From an uncultured Verrucomicrobiae bacterium (lineage in GTDB: Bacteria > Verrucomicrobiota > Verrucomicrobiia > Chthoniobacterales > Terrimicrobiaceae): a stretch of 64,000 nucleotides of DNA. Under the pieces are notes generated by a model that was not told the origin of the DNA, did no database searches, and saw only the letters and a list, made by a program, of their open reading frames with translations. Below are positions 1 to 10,589 of the stretch, in pieces (the first letter of the stretch is position 1; every line of letters starts with the position of its first letter). A program made the position numbers and the translations under genes. The stretch covers positions 448,001 to 512,000 of the forward strand of contig CAVPOC010000008.1 in assembly GCA_963706955.1 (NCBI GenBank). The letters run 5' to 3'.

Positions 1-224
1 CGATCGCGGTTAATCTCGTGCTAACCGGAATACGGAACATTCTCTCCGTGCGGGCCACTGCGCCTGCACTCGTCACCCTGCTTGGCTAGATCTGCCCGGT
101 AGCCCGAAGCCAGGTGCGAAAAAACTTATTGATGTAACGACTGTGTCCCCACGGTCGAGGGTCGTCCCCGGTGGGGATGCCGCCGTTACAACTCCGAACG
201 GTAAGCTGTTGACGGGGGCCGCCC

Positions 225-1451
225 TCAGCTCTTGTCTTCCGGTTTCTCATCGACAATCGGCTCAATTCCACCTTGGAGTGCCTCGATGCGATTGGAAACT
301 TCGGCAACCTCATTCAGAGTCGTGTGGATGGTGAAGTCGATGCTAGCTTTAAATGTTCCTCCTGAAGGTAGCTTCGGAACGCGGCCGAATTTGCGTTCGA
401 TGCGGCGATTGTTCGGGAATCCTGTCCCCGGTTCCAGCCCCGTGACATAACCTTCTTTCAGCGCGTTGGTATTTTTCCAAAGGCTGACAAAGGGGAGTTC
501 GCTCGTCGCAAAATTCATGGAGACCGCTTTGTCACGAGCCTTGTTGCGCAGCATGATCGTAGCCCGTCCCGCGCGGTCCGGCTTCGGCCGAAGGCAATAG
601 ACCTGCTCGATGAATCCCAACCGTGGACCGTGATATTCCGCATACGAGGCAACATCTTGGGCGGCATGCTCGTTGAACGGGGTGACCCGCTCGACAGCCC
701 CCGCGAAGGTCGATCCGTCTTCAAGCAGAGGTGGACCGAAATTGGGATGATAAATAATCTGAAATTCCTGCTCGTCCTCACTGTCGTTGACGATGAGGTC
801 AGCGAGCTGGAGGGTGTTGGAACCAGGAGTGGTGGAAATTTCCGATTGGAGCACAAGTTTAGGACCATAGAACATTCGCTCCTCCACCCTTCCGCGCACT
901 CTGAGCCGATGGGGCGGCTCAGGATCGATGACCACCTCGACTTCGCTCGCGGGGATGTTGGCGATCTTACCGTGAAGAGTCAGCTCCATGGTCGCCTCAG
1001 CGCCGACATTGTTGATGAACCGGTCGACACCGGGATGGCCGGCGCTCTCCAGACCGCAACGCACCATCCATTCGTTAAACCCCTCCAGCCAACCAAGACC
1101 GCCGCGGCTTTGCAAATTGATCAGCTTCGGATGCACGACTTCCTTAACCGGCGAGCTCCATCCGAGAAAGACGTCGCCCATGGTCGCCGACAACACACCC
1201 ATGCCGCGGGTCGGACAAACTGTGAACCTCAACTTGCCATTGTCCACGAGAATGACATCGACCCCTTCCTGTCTCCCTCCGTGAAGGGTCATTTTTCGGA
1301 TCGAGCAGCCTTGCGCGCCAGCAATGACCTCACCGGCCGTTAGTTCCCATTCATCGACATGCAGGTTATCCGTAACACTCGTCAGTGTTTTTCGATAGGA
1401 TTGCCCGGCGCGGTCGCCGTCCGAATCCACCTTCGTTGGATTTTTCTTCAT
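225..1451 (-). CDS. Aldose 1-epimerase-like protein (DUF4432 family)
   Basis: Motifs LHGGRQEGV, PTRGMG, GGLGWLEGFNE, LTLHG and YVTGLEPGT; start taken at ATG 1451 (MKKNPT). Confidence 0.85.
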   Translation of the reverse strand: MKKNPTKVDSDGDRAGQSYRKTLTSVTDNLHVDEWELTAGEVIAGAQGCSIRKMTLHGGRQEGVDVILVDNGKLRFTVCPTRGMGVLSATMGDVFLGWSSPVKEVVHPKLINLQSRGGLGWLEGFNEWMVRCGLESAGHPGVDRFINNVGAEATMELTLHGKIANIPASEVEVVIDPEPPHRLRVRGRVEERMFYGPKLVLQSEISTTPGSNTLQLADLIVNDSEDEQEFQIIYHPNFGPPLLEDGSTFAGAVERVTPFNEHAAQDVASYAEYHGPRLGFIEQVYCLRPKPDRAGRATIMLRNKARDKAVSMNFATSELPFVSLWKNTNALKEGYVTGLEPGTGFPNNRRIERKFGRVPKLPSGGTFKASIDFTIHTTLNEVAEVSNRIEALQGGIEPIVDEKPEDKS

Positions 1452-1513
1452 ACGAACATCTCTGCGAATCGCCGGTCTCTTGGGATCCGGCAACTCGCTA
1501 CTGGGAAAACTCG

Positions 1514-2419
1514 CTACTGGGGATAGACCGTGCCGTCTGGAGCCACTGCGTACTTGGGCGTCGCTCCGTCGCTGGAGGCAACGAATTCTCCCAACCGGCA
1601 CGCGCGCGTCAAAATCGCTTCCGGACTCCGTTTGGTGGCGCCAACCAAGCCCGAAATCAACGCCGCCAGGAAAGAGTCTCCGGCTCCGACGGTATCCCTG
1701 ACGACGACCGAGCGCCCGTCAACCCAGTACCACTGGCCCGCATCGAGCAATCCGGCCCCACGTGCCCCGGCGGTGACGCAGAGCCGCTCAGAGTGCACCT
1801 GCGCGGCATACTCGCGGGCCGCTTTCTCCAGCGAAAGTGTCGGATATAAACCATGCGTGACGACTCCGAGTTCCTCGTCGTTGAGTTTGATCAAATCGGA
1901 CTTGCTAGCCAGATACTGAATCGTCTCGGCATTGTCGAAAGGTGGCCGCAGATTTACATCATAGATTTTCAATCCGCCGGACATCTTTTCCAGGGTCGCG
2001 TCCAGGCGCTTGCGATTCTGTTGGGAGCGCTGCGCTAGCGTTCCAAACAAGAGCGAGGCACCGCGCTCCGCCATTTGAAAAACCTCATCCTGTGGCTCAA
2101 TCCAATCCCAGGCCACATCCTCAACGATTTCGTATTTCGCGCTGCCATCGGGCTGAATGTGCCCACGCACGACACCGGTCTGCTTATCGGGGAGCACCGT
2201 GACAAAGCGAGAATCAAGCCCCCATTGCTCCAGCCGGCGGATCAGTTCCTGACCTAGGAAATCTGACCCGACGGCGGTAACCGGGTAGGCGGTGATGCCG
2301 AGTTTTTGGAGATGATAAGCGACGTTGATAGGTGCTCCGCCCGGGAAAAGCCCACGCGGTAGGCAGTCCCAGAGAACTTCACCAAAGCAGAGGACGGGCG
2401 GAACGGCTGGCTCAGCCAT
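1514..2419 (-). CDS. PfkB-family carbohydrate kinase (fructokinase-like)
   Basis: FGEVLWD...GGAPINVA at the N-terminus; DTVGAGDSF PfkB signature. Confidence 0.92.
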   Translation of the reverse strand: MAEPAVPPVLCFGEVLWDCLPRGLFPGGAPINVAYHLQKLGITAYPVTAVGSDFLGQELIRRLEQWGLDSRFVTVLPDKQTGVVRGHIQPDGSAKYEIVEDVAWDWIEPQDEVFQMAERGASLLFGTLAQRSQQNRKRLDATLEKMSGGLKIYDVNLRPPFDNAETIQYLASKSDLIKLNDEELGVVTHGLYPTLSLEKAAREYAAQVHSERLCVTAGARGAGLLDAGQWYWVDGRSVVVRDTVGAGDSFLAALISGLVGATKRSPEAILTRACRLGEFVASSDGATPKYAVAPDGTVYPQ

Positions 2420-2659
2420 AGACCCGGCACCATAAGCAATCCGACAAGATTCTGTAAACAGATTTGATCGAGCGAGGGATCGGCGTCTCGGTTCGAAACC
2501 CGAGTCTTACCTGCTGGATTGTCTCGGTAGTTCTGGAAACCTCAACCTCGGAACTTGCGCCGATACGATCGTCGCGCGCTACGGGAATGCGGCTTGACAG
2601 TTGTCACCTCTCCCATGATCAACCGACCGGATGATCGCACTTACTTTGACCGATCGCAC

Positions 2660-3547
2660 ATGAACCGGCTCATCGGCATTGATATCGGAGGCACACAAAT
2701 CAAAGTGGGGGCGTTTTCTCCCGAGGGGAACATGCTCGGGCAATGGACCCGGGAGACAGGCGATCGGCCGACAACCGGCGCGCCTGCATTCGCGGAAACG
2801 GTGCGCCAGATGGTGGAGGAAGCGAACGGCACCCACGCAACCATCGGCATCGCAGCACCCGGCGTGGCCGCGAAGGATGGACACTCAATCGCCTACCAGC
2901 CCGGCAAAATGCATGGAATCGAAGGCTATGATTGGGGAGCATTCCTCCAACGCGAAGTGCCGGTGCTCAATGACGCCCATGCGGCCTTGCTCGGGGAGGT
3001 ATGGCAAGGTGCGGCGCAGGGCGCCAGAGATGCTATCCTGCTAACTCTGGGCACCGGTGTCGGCGGCGCAATTTTGAGCGATGGTAAGTTGCTGAAGGGA
3101 ACGTTCGGTCGCGCCGGACATCTCGGGCATACTTCCGTGACCGAAAGCTCTGAACGAAGCATTTTTGGCACGCCTGGATCGCTCGAGGCTGCGATCGGCA
3201 ACTACACCGTGCCGGTTCGCAGTAACGGACGTTTTTCATCAACTCGAGAAATGATCGAAGCGCATTGCGCCGGAGATTCTGAGGCGACGCTAGTCTGGAT
3301 AAAGTCGGTTCGTGTCCTTGCCCGGGCAATCACCTCGTTCATTAACATCCTTGACCCCGAAATCATAATCCTCGGAGGCGGGATTATCCGCGCAGGAGCT
3401 TATTTATTCGATCCGCTCGATGAATTCCTGGGCGAGTTCGAGTGGCGCCCGGCGGGACATCGCGTCAGAATTGTGCCGGCGCAGCTTGGAGAATGGGCGG
3501 GCGCCTACGGCGCGGCCTGGAACGCGCGCCAACTTGCTAGGCCTTGA
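2660..3547 (+). CDS. ROK-family sugar kinase
   Basis: IGIDIGGT, NDAHAA, LTLGTGVGG and AGHLGH motifs; no N-terminal HTH. Confidence 0.9.
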   Translation: MNRLIGIDIGGTQIKVGAFSPEGNMLGQWTRETGDRPTTGAPAFAETVRQMVEEANGTHATIGIAAPGVAAKDGHSIAYQPGKMHGIEGYDWGAFLQREVPVLNDAHAALLGEVWQGAAQGARDAILLTLGTGVGGAILSDGKLLKGTFGRAGHLGHTSVTESSERSIFGTPGSLEAAIGNYTVPVRSNGRFSSTREMIEAHCAGDSEATLVWIKSVRVLARAITSFINILDPEIIILGGGIIRAGAYLFDPLDEFLGEFEWRPAGHRVRIVPAQLGEWAGAYGAAWNARQLARP

Positions 3548-3578
3548 CGAAAGGGTTGACAACCTGGCCTGCCAGGGT

Positions 3579-3731
3579 TTGGCGGTCATGGTCATTCCGA
3601 GGTGCCCGAGGTCATCAATCTTTCCACCCGCAAACTGGGTGCATGCGTGATGGCAGTCTCGCCGGAGAATTATCGCGCCAGGAAGCGTTCCGGAATCGGT
3701 GCTTCGCGATGACTGGCGTCCCCACCGCCAA
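3579..3731 (+). ncRNA. Candidate structured non-coding RNA
   Basis: Nested complementary segments folded by eye: 3579-3586/3724-3731, 3589-3595/3709-3715, 3598-3609/3696-3706, 3645-3653/3670-3678; many G-U pairs on the + strand. Confidence 0.3.
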
Positions 3732-3943
3732 GGCTGCTTAGCGAATCAACATCGCGCTCGTGCGGACAGCTCGCCCGAAAGCTGCCGGCGTTTACAAAAT
3801 GCGCTTCAAGACCGAAACTCTCTCGTGCATACTGGAGTTTCTGGAATGCATCTTTCCCCGAAGGAAAAGCTCTGCGCCGCAACGTAGCGGCCTTACGCAG
3901 AGCTAGTTCTTCGCTGAAATCACCAAGCGGCATCAAACAAATC

Positions 3944-5554
3944 ATGAAAACCATTCATCTCATTGCAAACGGCGACCTGAGGATCGAAGCAAACCGCACC
4001 TGCGAAGCTGCCCAGGCGGAAATGGAAAAGCAACTTGTCGCAGCGGTCGAAAAGCAGGGAGCCGCGGTTAAACGTGCTCATCCTTTCGATCCCGAAAAGA
4101 AGCACGGATTCATTGACAGCCAGAAATACGGAATGGAGGTCTTCAGGAAAATACCTATCGATGAACCGTTGATTGTCGCGGAGTCGGTTTGGCAATACAG
4201 CCACCATATTCTGCAGGGCCTTCTCACACACCGAGGACCTATCCTTACGGTCGCGAATTGGAGCGGCACATGGCCGGGTCTGGTCGGTTTGCTCAATCTC
4301 AATGGTTCGCTCAGCAAAGCGGGCATCAAATTCAGCTCGCTCTGGAGCGAGAACTTCGAGGACGACTATTTCCACCGCGGCCTCGGCAGCTGGCTGAAAA
4401 CAGGCAAGACCAAGCATGACGCCTCCCATGTGCGACCCCTCGCCGGCGCCAAAATTCCGGCGGCCAGCCAGAAAGTGGGCAGCAGGGTGGCCAAATCTCT
4501 CAGACAAGAGAAAGCGATCATGGGTGTGTTCGACGAAGGCTGCATGGGAATGTACAACGCCATCGTTCCCGATGAGCTCTTGAATCAAACTGGGATTTTC
4601 AAGGAACGGCTCAGCCAGTCTTCACTCTACGCAAAGATGCTCACCGTCACCGATGAGGAAGCACGCGCGGTTTACGATTGGTATCGGCGCAAGGAACTCA
4701 AGTTTCACCTCGGCGAAAACGAGGAAACCGACCTGACCGAGTCACAAATCCTGCAACAATGTAAAATGTATGTCGCGGCCGTCCGCATCGCGGACGAGTT
4801 TGGCTGCGCCACCATCGGCATCCAATACCAGCAAGGACTTAAGGACCTCTGCCCCGCCTCGGATCTCGTCGAAGGCACCCTGAACAACGAGGACCGGCCG
4901 CCCGTCTTTCGCGAAGGCACACGCGAAGAACTCTACAAAGGTCGAGCCCTTCCCCACTTCAATGAAGTCGATGAATGCGCGGGCATCGACGGTCTGATCA
5001 CTGATCGGGTCTGGAGAGAACTAGGCCTGCCGCCTGAAAATACCCTCCATGATCTGCGCTGGGGCCGACAGTTTACCGGCAAGGTTGACGGAAAAAAGGT
5101 CGACGCCTACGTCTGGGTCTTCCTCATCTCCGGGGCAGCGCCGCCAAAGCACTTCATGGGCGGCTGGAAGGGCGCCGAGAGCATGCGCCAGCCTCCCATG
5201 TATTGGCGCCTCGGCGGCGGAACGCTCCGCGGTGTCAGCAAGCCCGGCTGGATCGTCTGGAGCCGGGTAGACGTTTCCAAAGGCCGCCTGAACTTTGACA
5301 CCGGTCTCGCCGAGGTCGTAAAGCTTCCTCCGGAAGAAACTGAAGAGCGCTGGAAGTTGACCACTCCCCAGTGGCCGATCATGCACGCCGTCCTCCAGGG
5401 AATCAATCGCGATCAAATGATGGGTCGGCACAAGGCAAACCACATTCAAGTGGCATACGCGACCGACAAAGCGACCGCGCGACGCGCCCTATTCGCCAAA
5501 GCTGCGGCGATGAATGAGCTCGGAATAAACGTCTCTCTTTGCGGGGAGATTTGA
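3944..5554 (+). CDS. L-fucose/L-arabinose isomerase-like protein
   Basis: 536 aa; ANWSGTWPGLVGLLNL, GCMGM, IGIQYQQGL, HFNEVDE and ANHIQVAY motifs. Confidence 0.8.
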   Translation: MKTIHLIANGDLRIEANRTCEAAQAEMEKQLVAAVEKQGAAVKRAHPFDPEKKHGFIDSQKYGMEVFRKIPIDEPLIVAESVWQYSHHILQGLLTHRGPILTVANWSGTWPGLVGLLNLNGSLSKAGIKFSSLWSENFEDDYFHRGLGSWLKTGKTKHDASHVRPLAGAKIPAASQKVGSRVAKSLRQEKAIMGVFDEGCMGMYNAIVPDELLNQTGIFKERLSQSSLYAKMLTVTDEEARAVYDWYRRKELKFHLGENEETDLTESQILQQCKMYVAAVRIADEFGCATIGIQYQQGLKDLCPASDLVEGTLNNEDRPPVFREGTREELYKGRALPHFNEVDECAGIDGLITDRVWRELGLPPENTLHDLRWGRQFTGKVDGKKVDAYVWVFLISGAAPPKHFMGGWKGAESMRQPPMYWRLGGGTLRGVSKPGWIVWSRVDVSKGRLNFDTGLAEVVKLPPEETEERWKLTTPQWPIMHAVLQGINRDQMMGRHKANHIQVAYATDKATARRALFAKAAAMNELGINVSLCGEI

Positions 5555-5556
5555 TC

Positions 5557-6318
5557 ATGGCCGATCAGACCGAAATTCTTCAGGTCCTCGTTGCGCTTTC
5601 GCGCGAGCTCGGGGCCGAGCACCGCGGGTTGGCCATCCTTGGCGAAGGAAACGTGTCAGCAAAACTCAACGATGACACTTTCCTTGTCAAAGCCAGTGGA
5701 AGCAGCTTGGGAACCTTGAGCGATGCGGACGTTACCGAGTGCCGATCGATGCCACTTCTCAACATGCTCGATCGTAATGATCTGGAGGACAAAGAAGTCG
5801 ACGATGAACTGCTCGCATCACGTGTCAATCCCGCCGCCAAGAAGCCGTCAGTCGAAGCTCTTTTTCATGCGTATCTTCTCAGCCTGCCAGACATCAACTT
5901 CGTCGGACATACTCACGCCATCTATATCAACCAGATCCTCTGCTCACCGCGCGCACACGATTTTGCCGCGATGAAACTTTTCCCCGACGATATCGTCTGC
6001 TGCGGACCGTCGTCCGTCTTTGTCCCCTATACGGATCCAGGGCTGAAACTCTCTCAGGTCATCCGAAAGGAGACGACGCGTTACGTAGAGGAGATGGGTT
6101 TCGCGCCGCGCGTAATTCTGCTCGAAAACCATGGCATTATCACCCTCGGACGATCACCGGATGCGGTAAAAGCCGCCATGTTTATGGCGGAGAAAGCGGC
6201 CAAAATCTTCGTGGGAGCGACGGCTCTTGGGGGTCCGCGGTTCCTTTCGCAAGAAAATATCAGTCGCATCCTCGGACGTCCGGACGAGCACTATCGACGA
6301 AGAATGCTGAAGCTCTGA
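5557..6318 (+). CDS. Class II aldolase/adducin family protein
   Basis: GEGNVS, KPSVE, HTH and NHG metal-ligand motifs. Confidence 0.88.
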   Translation: MADQTEILQVLVALSRELGAEHRGLAILGEGNVSAKLNDDTFLVKASGSSLGTLSDADVTECRSMPLLNMLDRNDLEDKEVDDELLASRVNPAAKKPSVEALFHAYLLSLPDINFVGHTHAIYINQILCSPRAHDFAAMKLFPDDIVCCGPSSVFVPYTDPGLKLSQVIRKETTRYVEEMGFAPRVILLENHGIITLGRSPDAVKAAMFMAEKAAKIFVGATALGGPRFLSQENISRILGRPDEHYRRRMLKL

Positions 6319-6582
6319 CGTGCGCGAGTGACTGCGGGCGCCGAAACAGGCGAGTGCGCGCTCAAACACGCCCAATTGAGATTTTCTTATAGCATCCGCA
6401 AATCTTGCCTTTGCGAAACCCTGACTTATGGTGGCATCGGCAAGCCCAGTAAGAGGTGTCTGAGAATAATTGCGAGCAAGGATGAGATCCCGCACAGTTC
6501 GAAAGCAAGGGACTGAATTCGGGTCCGTCTGGCGCGCCGGCACGACCTTACGGGTAGCCAGCTGGCTCCTCCTTCCGGCCAA

Positions 6583-9282
6583 ATGATTGATGCGCGGCAA
6601 GCAGGTATTGCGAAGACCGAGCGCTCTAAGAACCCGCGACCGGATGGCGACCATCTCTATCGGAACCTGCTCGAAGGCCTTCCCGCCGCATTTTATGCGA
6701 CCGATGCGGAGGGCTACCTGACGTTCTACAACCAGGCAGCTGCGGACCTTTGGGGTCGAAGGCCAAAGCTGGGCACGGATCGATGGTGCGGCTTCTGGAA
6801 GCTTTTTAGCGCGGACAGCACGCCGATGGCTCACGACACATGTCCCATGGCGATCGCGCTCAAGGAAAATCGTGTCGTCCGCTGCTCTGAGGTCCTTGCG
6901 GAGCGTCCCGATGGAACACGGGTAACCTTTATTCCGCATCCGACGCCAATCCGCGATGCAACCGGGCGCCTCATCGGCGCCACGAACATGTTGGTTGACA
7001 TCAGCGAACGCAAAAAGGCCGAGCGGGCGATGCAACAGCAGGCGGGTCTCATCGAACTTTCATTTGATGCAATTCTCGCCTGGCGGCAGCCCGGCGGTAT
7101 CGAGTTTTGGAACAAGGGAGCAACCACTCTCTACGGATTCGAAGCCTTTGAGGCTCTCGGCAAGGTTACACGCAATCTTCTCAAGACACGCCATCCGCGC
7201 CCCTGGGCAGAAATCGAGGCCGAACTGCGCGAACACGGCTTTTGGGAGGGCGAACTCCGACACATTACGAAAACAGGCGACGAGGTCTTCGTTGCATCGC
7301 GCTACCAACTGGTGTCTGACGAGGGCGACGGCATGCTGATTCTGGAAACGAATCGCGACGTCACCGGACGAAAACGAGCGCAAGCCGAGCTGAGCAAGGC
7401 ACAGCGGCAACTCGAGTCCGATCTTCATAACATGACCCTCCTCCATGAGGTCAGTATGCGCTTTGTCCAGCAAGACGACCTGCACGGCCTTCTTGACCAA
7501 ATTTTGGACGCCGCCATTGGCATTACCGGCGCTGACAAGGGAAGCATTCAGCTGCTGGAGGAAGACGGATGCACTCTCCGACTGACTGCGCAGCGGGGTC
7601 TCCCAAGGGATTTTCTCGACTTCTTCAGCCGCGTTCACAAAGGCCAGGGTGCTTGTGGAACTGTTCTCGAAACCGGGGAGCGTTTAACCGTCGGGGACGT
7701 GACAACCCATCCTCTCTTCGCTGGATTTTCAGCTTTGCGAGTCCTCTTGTCCGCAGGTTGCCGCGCCGTTCAATCAACCCCTCTTCTGACACGCTATGGC
7801 CATCTGGTGGGAATCCTCTCAACTTATAAGAGCACTGCCTGTCAGTTTGCGGAAAGAGACCTCCGACTACTGGATCTCTTGGCACGTCAGGCGGCTGACT
7901 TTATCGAGCGTTTCCAAAGCGATGAGAGACTGAACCAAAGTCGCCAACAGCTGCAGGGGATTCTGGAGTCTGCGATGGATGCGATCATCAGCACTGATGC
8001 GCAACAGCGAGTCATCCTATTCAACACTGCCGCTGAGCATGTCTTTCGATGCCCCGCGAGCGAGGCGATGGGAACGTCGATTGAACGCTTCATTCCCAAG
8101 CGATTTCGAGCCGAAGTCGTCCGGCAGATGCGCCGCTTTCGCCAGACGCGCGGAAGTAATCGGAGCCTGGGAACCATCTTCGGATTGCGCGCCGACGGCG
8201 AGGAGTTTCCGATCGAGGCTTCCATCTCGCAGATTCACCTTGGCGGAGAGCACATCTACACGATCATCCTGCGTGATATTACCGATCGCATCCGCGAGGA
8301 GGCTATCTTGCGTCGACAGGTTGAACTTCTTCACCTCTCCCACGATGCGATCTTTGCCTGGAGTGAGGATGAGGGCATCCAGTTCTGGAGCAAGGGTGCT
8401 GCGCAGCTCTATGGGTATGCCTCAAGCGAGGTGCTTGGAGTGGCGCCGCGGGTCCTTTTCAGCCACACCGCCACTCCGTGGTCGGAAATGGAAGCGGAGC
8501 TCCACGAACGCAGACTTTGGCAAGGAGAGTTGCACCGGACGACCAAGGCTGGGCGGGCGGTGATTGTATCTTCTCGACTTCAACTTGTCCCAGCGAGCGG
8601 CGCGGCAACGGTCATCCTCGAAACAGATCGCGACATCACCGAGCGGCGCCGACTGGAACAGGAGGTCTTGGAGATTCTCGGCGCTGAACAGCGACGTATC
8701 GGCCAAGACCTTCACGATGGGCTTTGCCAGCACCTGGCAGGAATTGAGTTTCGAGCGGCTGTGCTCGCTGATCAACTTGCGACTGTGCCTGAGGCGCAGC
8801 GAGAAATTACCAAGATCGGCGAGCTGATTCGGGAGGGAGCCCGGCAGGCGAGAATGCTTTCGCGCGGCCTATCTCCCGTCAGCCTCGAGGCGGAGGGTTT
8901 GATGGCCGCGCTTAAGGAGTTGACCGAGAGCTCTGGCGATCTGTTCGGAAATTCTTGCCGGTTTCAGTGCACCAAGCCGGTCGCAGTTCGCGACAACGTT
9001 GTTGCCACACATCTCTACCGCATCGCTCAGGAAGCCGTTAGTAATGCCGCGCGGCATGGCCGCGCTAGAAGCATAGTCGTCGCGCTGGAGAGAACAACGA
9101 GCGGCATCCAATTGAGCATCAGAGACGATGGTTCGGGATTTCGTGTTTCCCCGAACCGAGCGGGAGGCATGGGTTTACACATCATGCGCTATCGCGCGGA
9201 ATTGATCGGAGCAACGCTCACGATCGACGTTGGTAAGGGCTCGGGAGCGCGAGTTACATGTCTGCTCGCCGACAAACGATAA
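6583..9282 (+). CDS. Cytoplasmic PAS-PAS-GAF-PAS-PAS sensor histidine kinase (HisKA_3 type)
   Basis: Repeated PAS ends (DISERK, DVTGRK, DITDR, DITERR); GAF segment; H-box EQRRIGQDLHDGLCQ; YRIAQEAVSNA, DDGSG and GMGL; no TM helix seen. Confidence 0.93.
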   Translation: MIDARQAGIAKTERSKNPRPDGDHLYRNLLEGLPAAFYATDAEGYLTFYNQAAADLWGRRPKLGTDRWCGFWKLFSADSTPMAHDTCPMAIALKENRVVRCSEVLAERPDGTRVTFIPHPTPIRDATGRLIGATNMLVDISERKKAERAMQQQAGLIELSFDAILAWRQPGGIEFWNKGATTLYGFEAFEALGKVTRNLLKTRHPRPWAEIEAELREHGFWEGELRHITKTGDEVFVASRYQLVSDEGDGMLILETNRDVTGRKRAQAELSKAQRQLESDLHNMTLLHEVSMRFVQQDDLHGLLDQILDAAIGITGADKGSIQLLEEDGCTLRLTAQRGLPRDFLDFFSRVHKGQGACGTVLETGERLTVGDVTTHPLFAGFSALRVLLSAGCRAVQSTPLLTRYGHLVGILSTYKSTACQFAERDLRLLDLLARQAADFIERFQSDERLNQSRQQLQGILESAMDAIISTDAQQRVILFNTAAEHVFRCPASEAMGTSIERFIPKRFRAEVVRQMRRFRQTRGSNRSLGTIFGLRADGEEFPIEASISQIHLGGEHIYTIILRDITDRIREEAILRRQVELLHLSHDAIFAWSEDEGIQFWSKGAAQLYGYASSEVLGVAPRVLFSHTATPWSEMEAELHERRLWQGELHRTTKAGRAVIVSSRLQLVPASGAATVILETDRDITERRRLEQEVLEILGAEQRRIGQDLHDGLCQHLAGIEFRAAVLADQLATVPEAQREITKIGELIREGARQARMLSRGLSPVSLEAEGLMAALKELTESSGDLFGNSCRFQCTKPVAVRDNVVATHLYRIAQEAVSNAARHGRARSIVVALERTTSGIQLSIRDDGSGFRVSPNRAGGMGLHIMRYRAELIGATLTIDVGKGSGARVTCLLADKR

Positions 9283-9980
9283 TACACGCCGAGCCAAGCT
9301 CGAATAAAACGCGCGTCCTGATCGTGGACGATCATCCGATGACGCGGAGCGGCCTTGCTTATCTTATCAATCATCAACCTGACATGGCGACCTGTTGTGA
9401 GGCGCAAAATGCCGCGGAAGCCCTCGAAGGCGTTCTCAGGACAAAGCCAGATCTTGTGCTAACAGATTTTGCTCTCCCCGACAAAAACGGCTTGGAACTC
9501 ATTAAAGATATCCGGGCGGTTCGACCGGATCTCCCCATTCTTGTTATTTCGATGCATGAGGAGTCGCTCTATGCGGAACGGGTGCTGCGAGCGGGAGCAC
9601 GCGGCTACATCACCAAGGAAGAAGGCGGCGAGCGACTGATGCGGGCGATACGTCACGTGCTAAGTGGGACCATTTATGTCAGCGACAAGATGTCTGCGCA
9701 GATCTTGGAAACCTTCTCGGGAGGACCGTCGCGGCAACAACGTTCGCTCGTGGAGAATCTCACTGATCGGGAGTTCGAGATTTTTGAACTTTTTGGCCAA
9801 GGCTTGTCCACACAGCAGATTGCCACCCAGCTTAGTGTCAGCATGAAGACCGTTAGCGCGCACCGCGCCAACATGAAGGAGAAGCTTCAACTGCGCACAA
9901 CCAACGAGTTGATCGCTTACGCCGCGCGGTGGACCGCCTCACGGGTTCGTAGACACAGCCCCGTGAAGGACAAGGTCTAG
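9258..9980 (+). CDS. NarL/LuxR-family response regulator
   Basis: VLIVDDHP receiver domain; LTDREFEIF...TVSAHRANMKEKL HTH. Confidence 0.93.
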   Translation: MSARRQTIIHAEPSSNKTRVLIVDDHPMTRSGLAYLINHQPDMATCCEAQNAAEALEGVLRTKPDLVLTDFALPDKNGLELIKDIRAVRPDLPILVISMHEESLYAERVLRAGARGYITKEEGGERLMRAIRHVLSGTIYVSDKMSAQILETFSGGPSRQQRSLVENLTDREFEIFELFGQGLSTQQIATQLSVSMKTVSAHRANMKEKLQLRTTNELIAYAARWTASRVRRHSPVKDKV

Positions 9981-10102
9981 GCAAAATTCCTAGTTCCTTA
10001 GGTGGATGGCTTAGAAGCGAAGTAGCTTCGTGCCGATTGTCGATACCGCGACGAACAAATAAGTTCGCTGTTGTGAATGTAGAGGTCGTCACCCTTCCAC
10101 GC

Positions 10103-10549
10103 ATGAGCCGACGTCGAAAAAGTCTTCCCTCTTTTACGACGGTTCTTCTTTATGAAGATTTGAATTTCGGGGTGCGCGCCTGGGATTTTTACGAACAGCT
10201 GACTGGCAAGTTCGCGAGGGATTTCGAGTTCAGCCATTTGATGTGGAGTTTTTCTATCTTGGGTGAATCCGAAACTTTCGAGTTGTCTGCTCGCTCGGCC
10301 GCTGACGCACACCTGCTCATTCTGTCGTTCGCCGGCAGCACGCACTTGCCACGGACAGTCAAGGACTGGGTCGAACGGTGGGTGCGGATCGCCAGGCACA
10401 AGCCGGCGTTGGTGACGCTGACGGATCAAAAAGCAACCGGTAGACGGGGCACGGCTACGAATTCCTACTTGCAGAAGATGATGGCATCTCACGGGATTGA
10501 CTTTTTCCCGCATGGGGCTTCCGCCCTGCGTGTGCTGCATCTGGAGTGA
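10103..10549 (+). CDS. Hypothetical protein
   Basis: 148-aa ORF with protein-like alpha/beta composition (VLLYED...WSFSIL...VKDWVERW), downstream of the response regulator. Confidence 0.6.
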   Translation: MSRRRKSLPSFTTVLLYEDLNFGVRAWDFYEQLTGKFARDFEFSHLMWSFSILGESETFELSARSAADAHLLILSFAGSTHLPRTVKDWVERWVRIARHKPALVTLTDQKATGRRGTATNSYLQKMMASHGIDFFPHGASALRVLHLE

Positions 10550-10589
10550 TCGGCTCAGGAGGAAGTTGCGGTCGACTCTGGAAAGAGGC

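Noticed and set aside
1..40. Possible start of a minus-strand gene (MFRIPVSTRLTAI, ggagag upstream)
   Set aside because: Only 13 codons are visible; too little to call
6154..7035. 293-aa minus-strand ORF
   Set aside because: Antisense shadow of the aldolase and histidine kinase genes; no motifs
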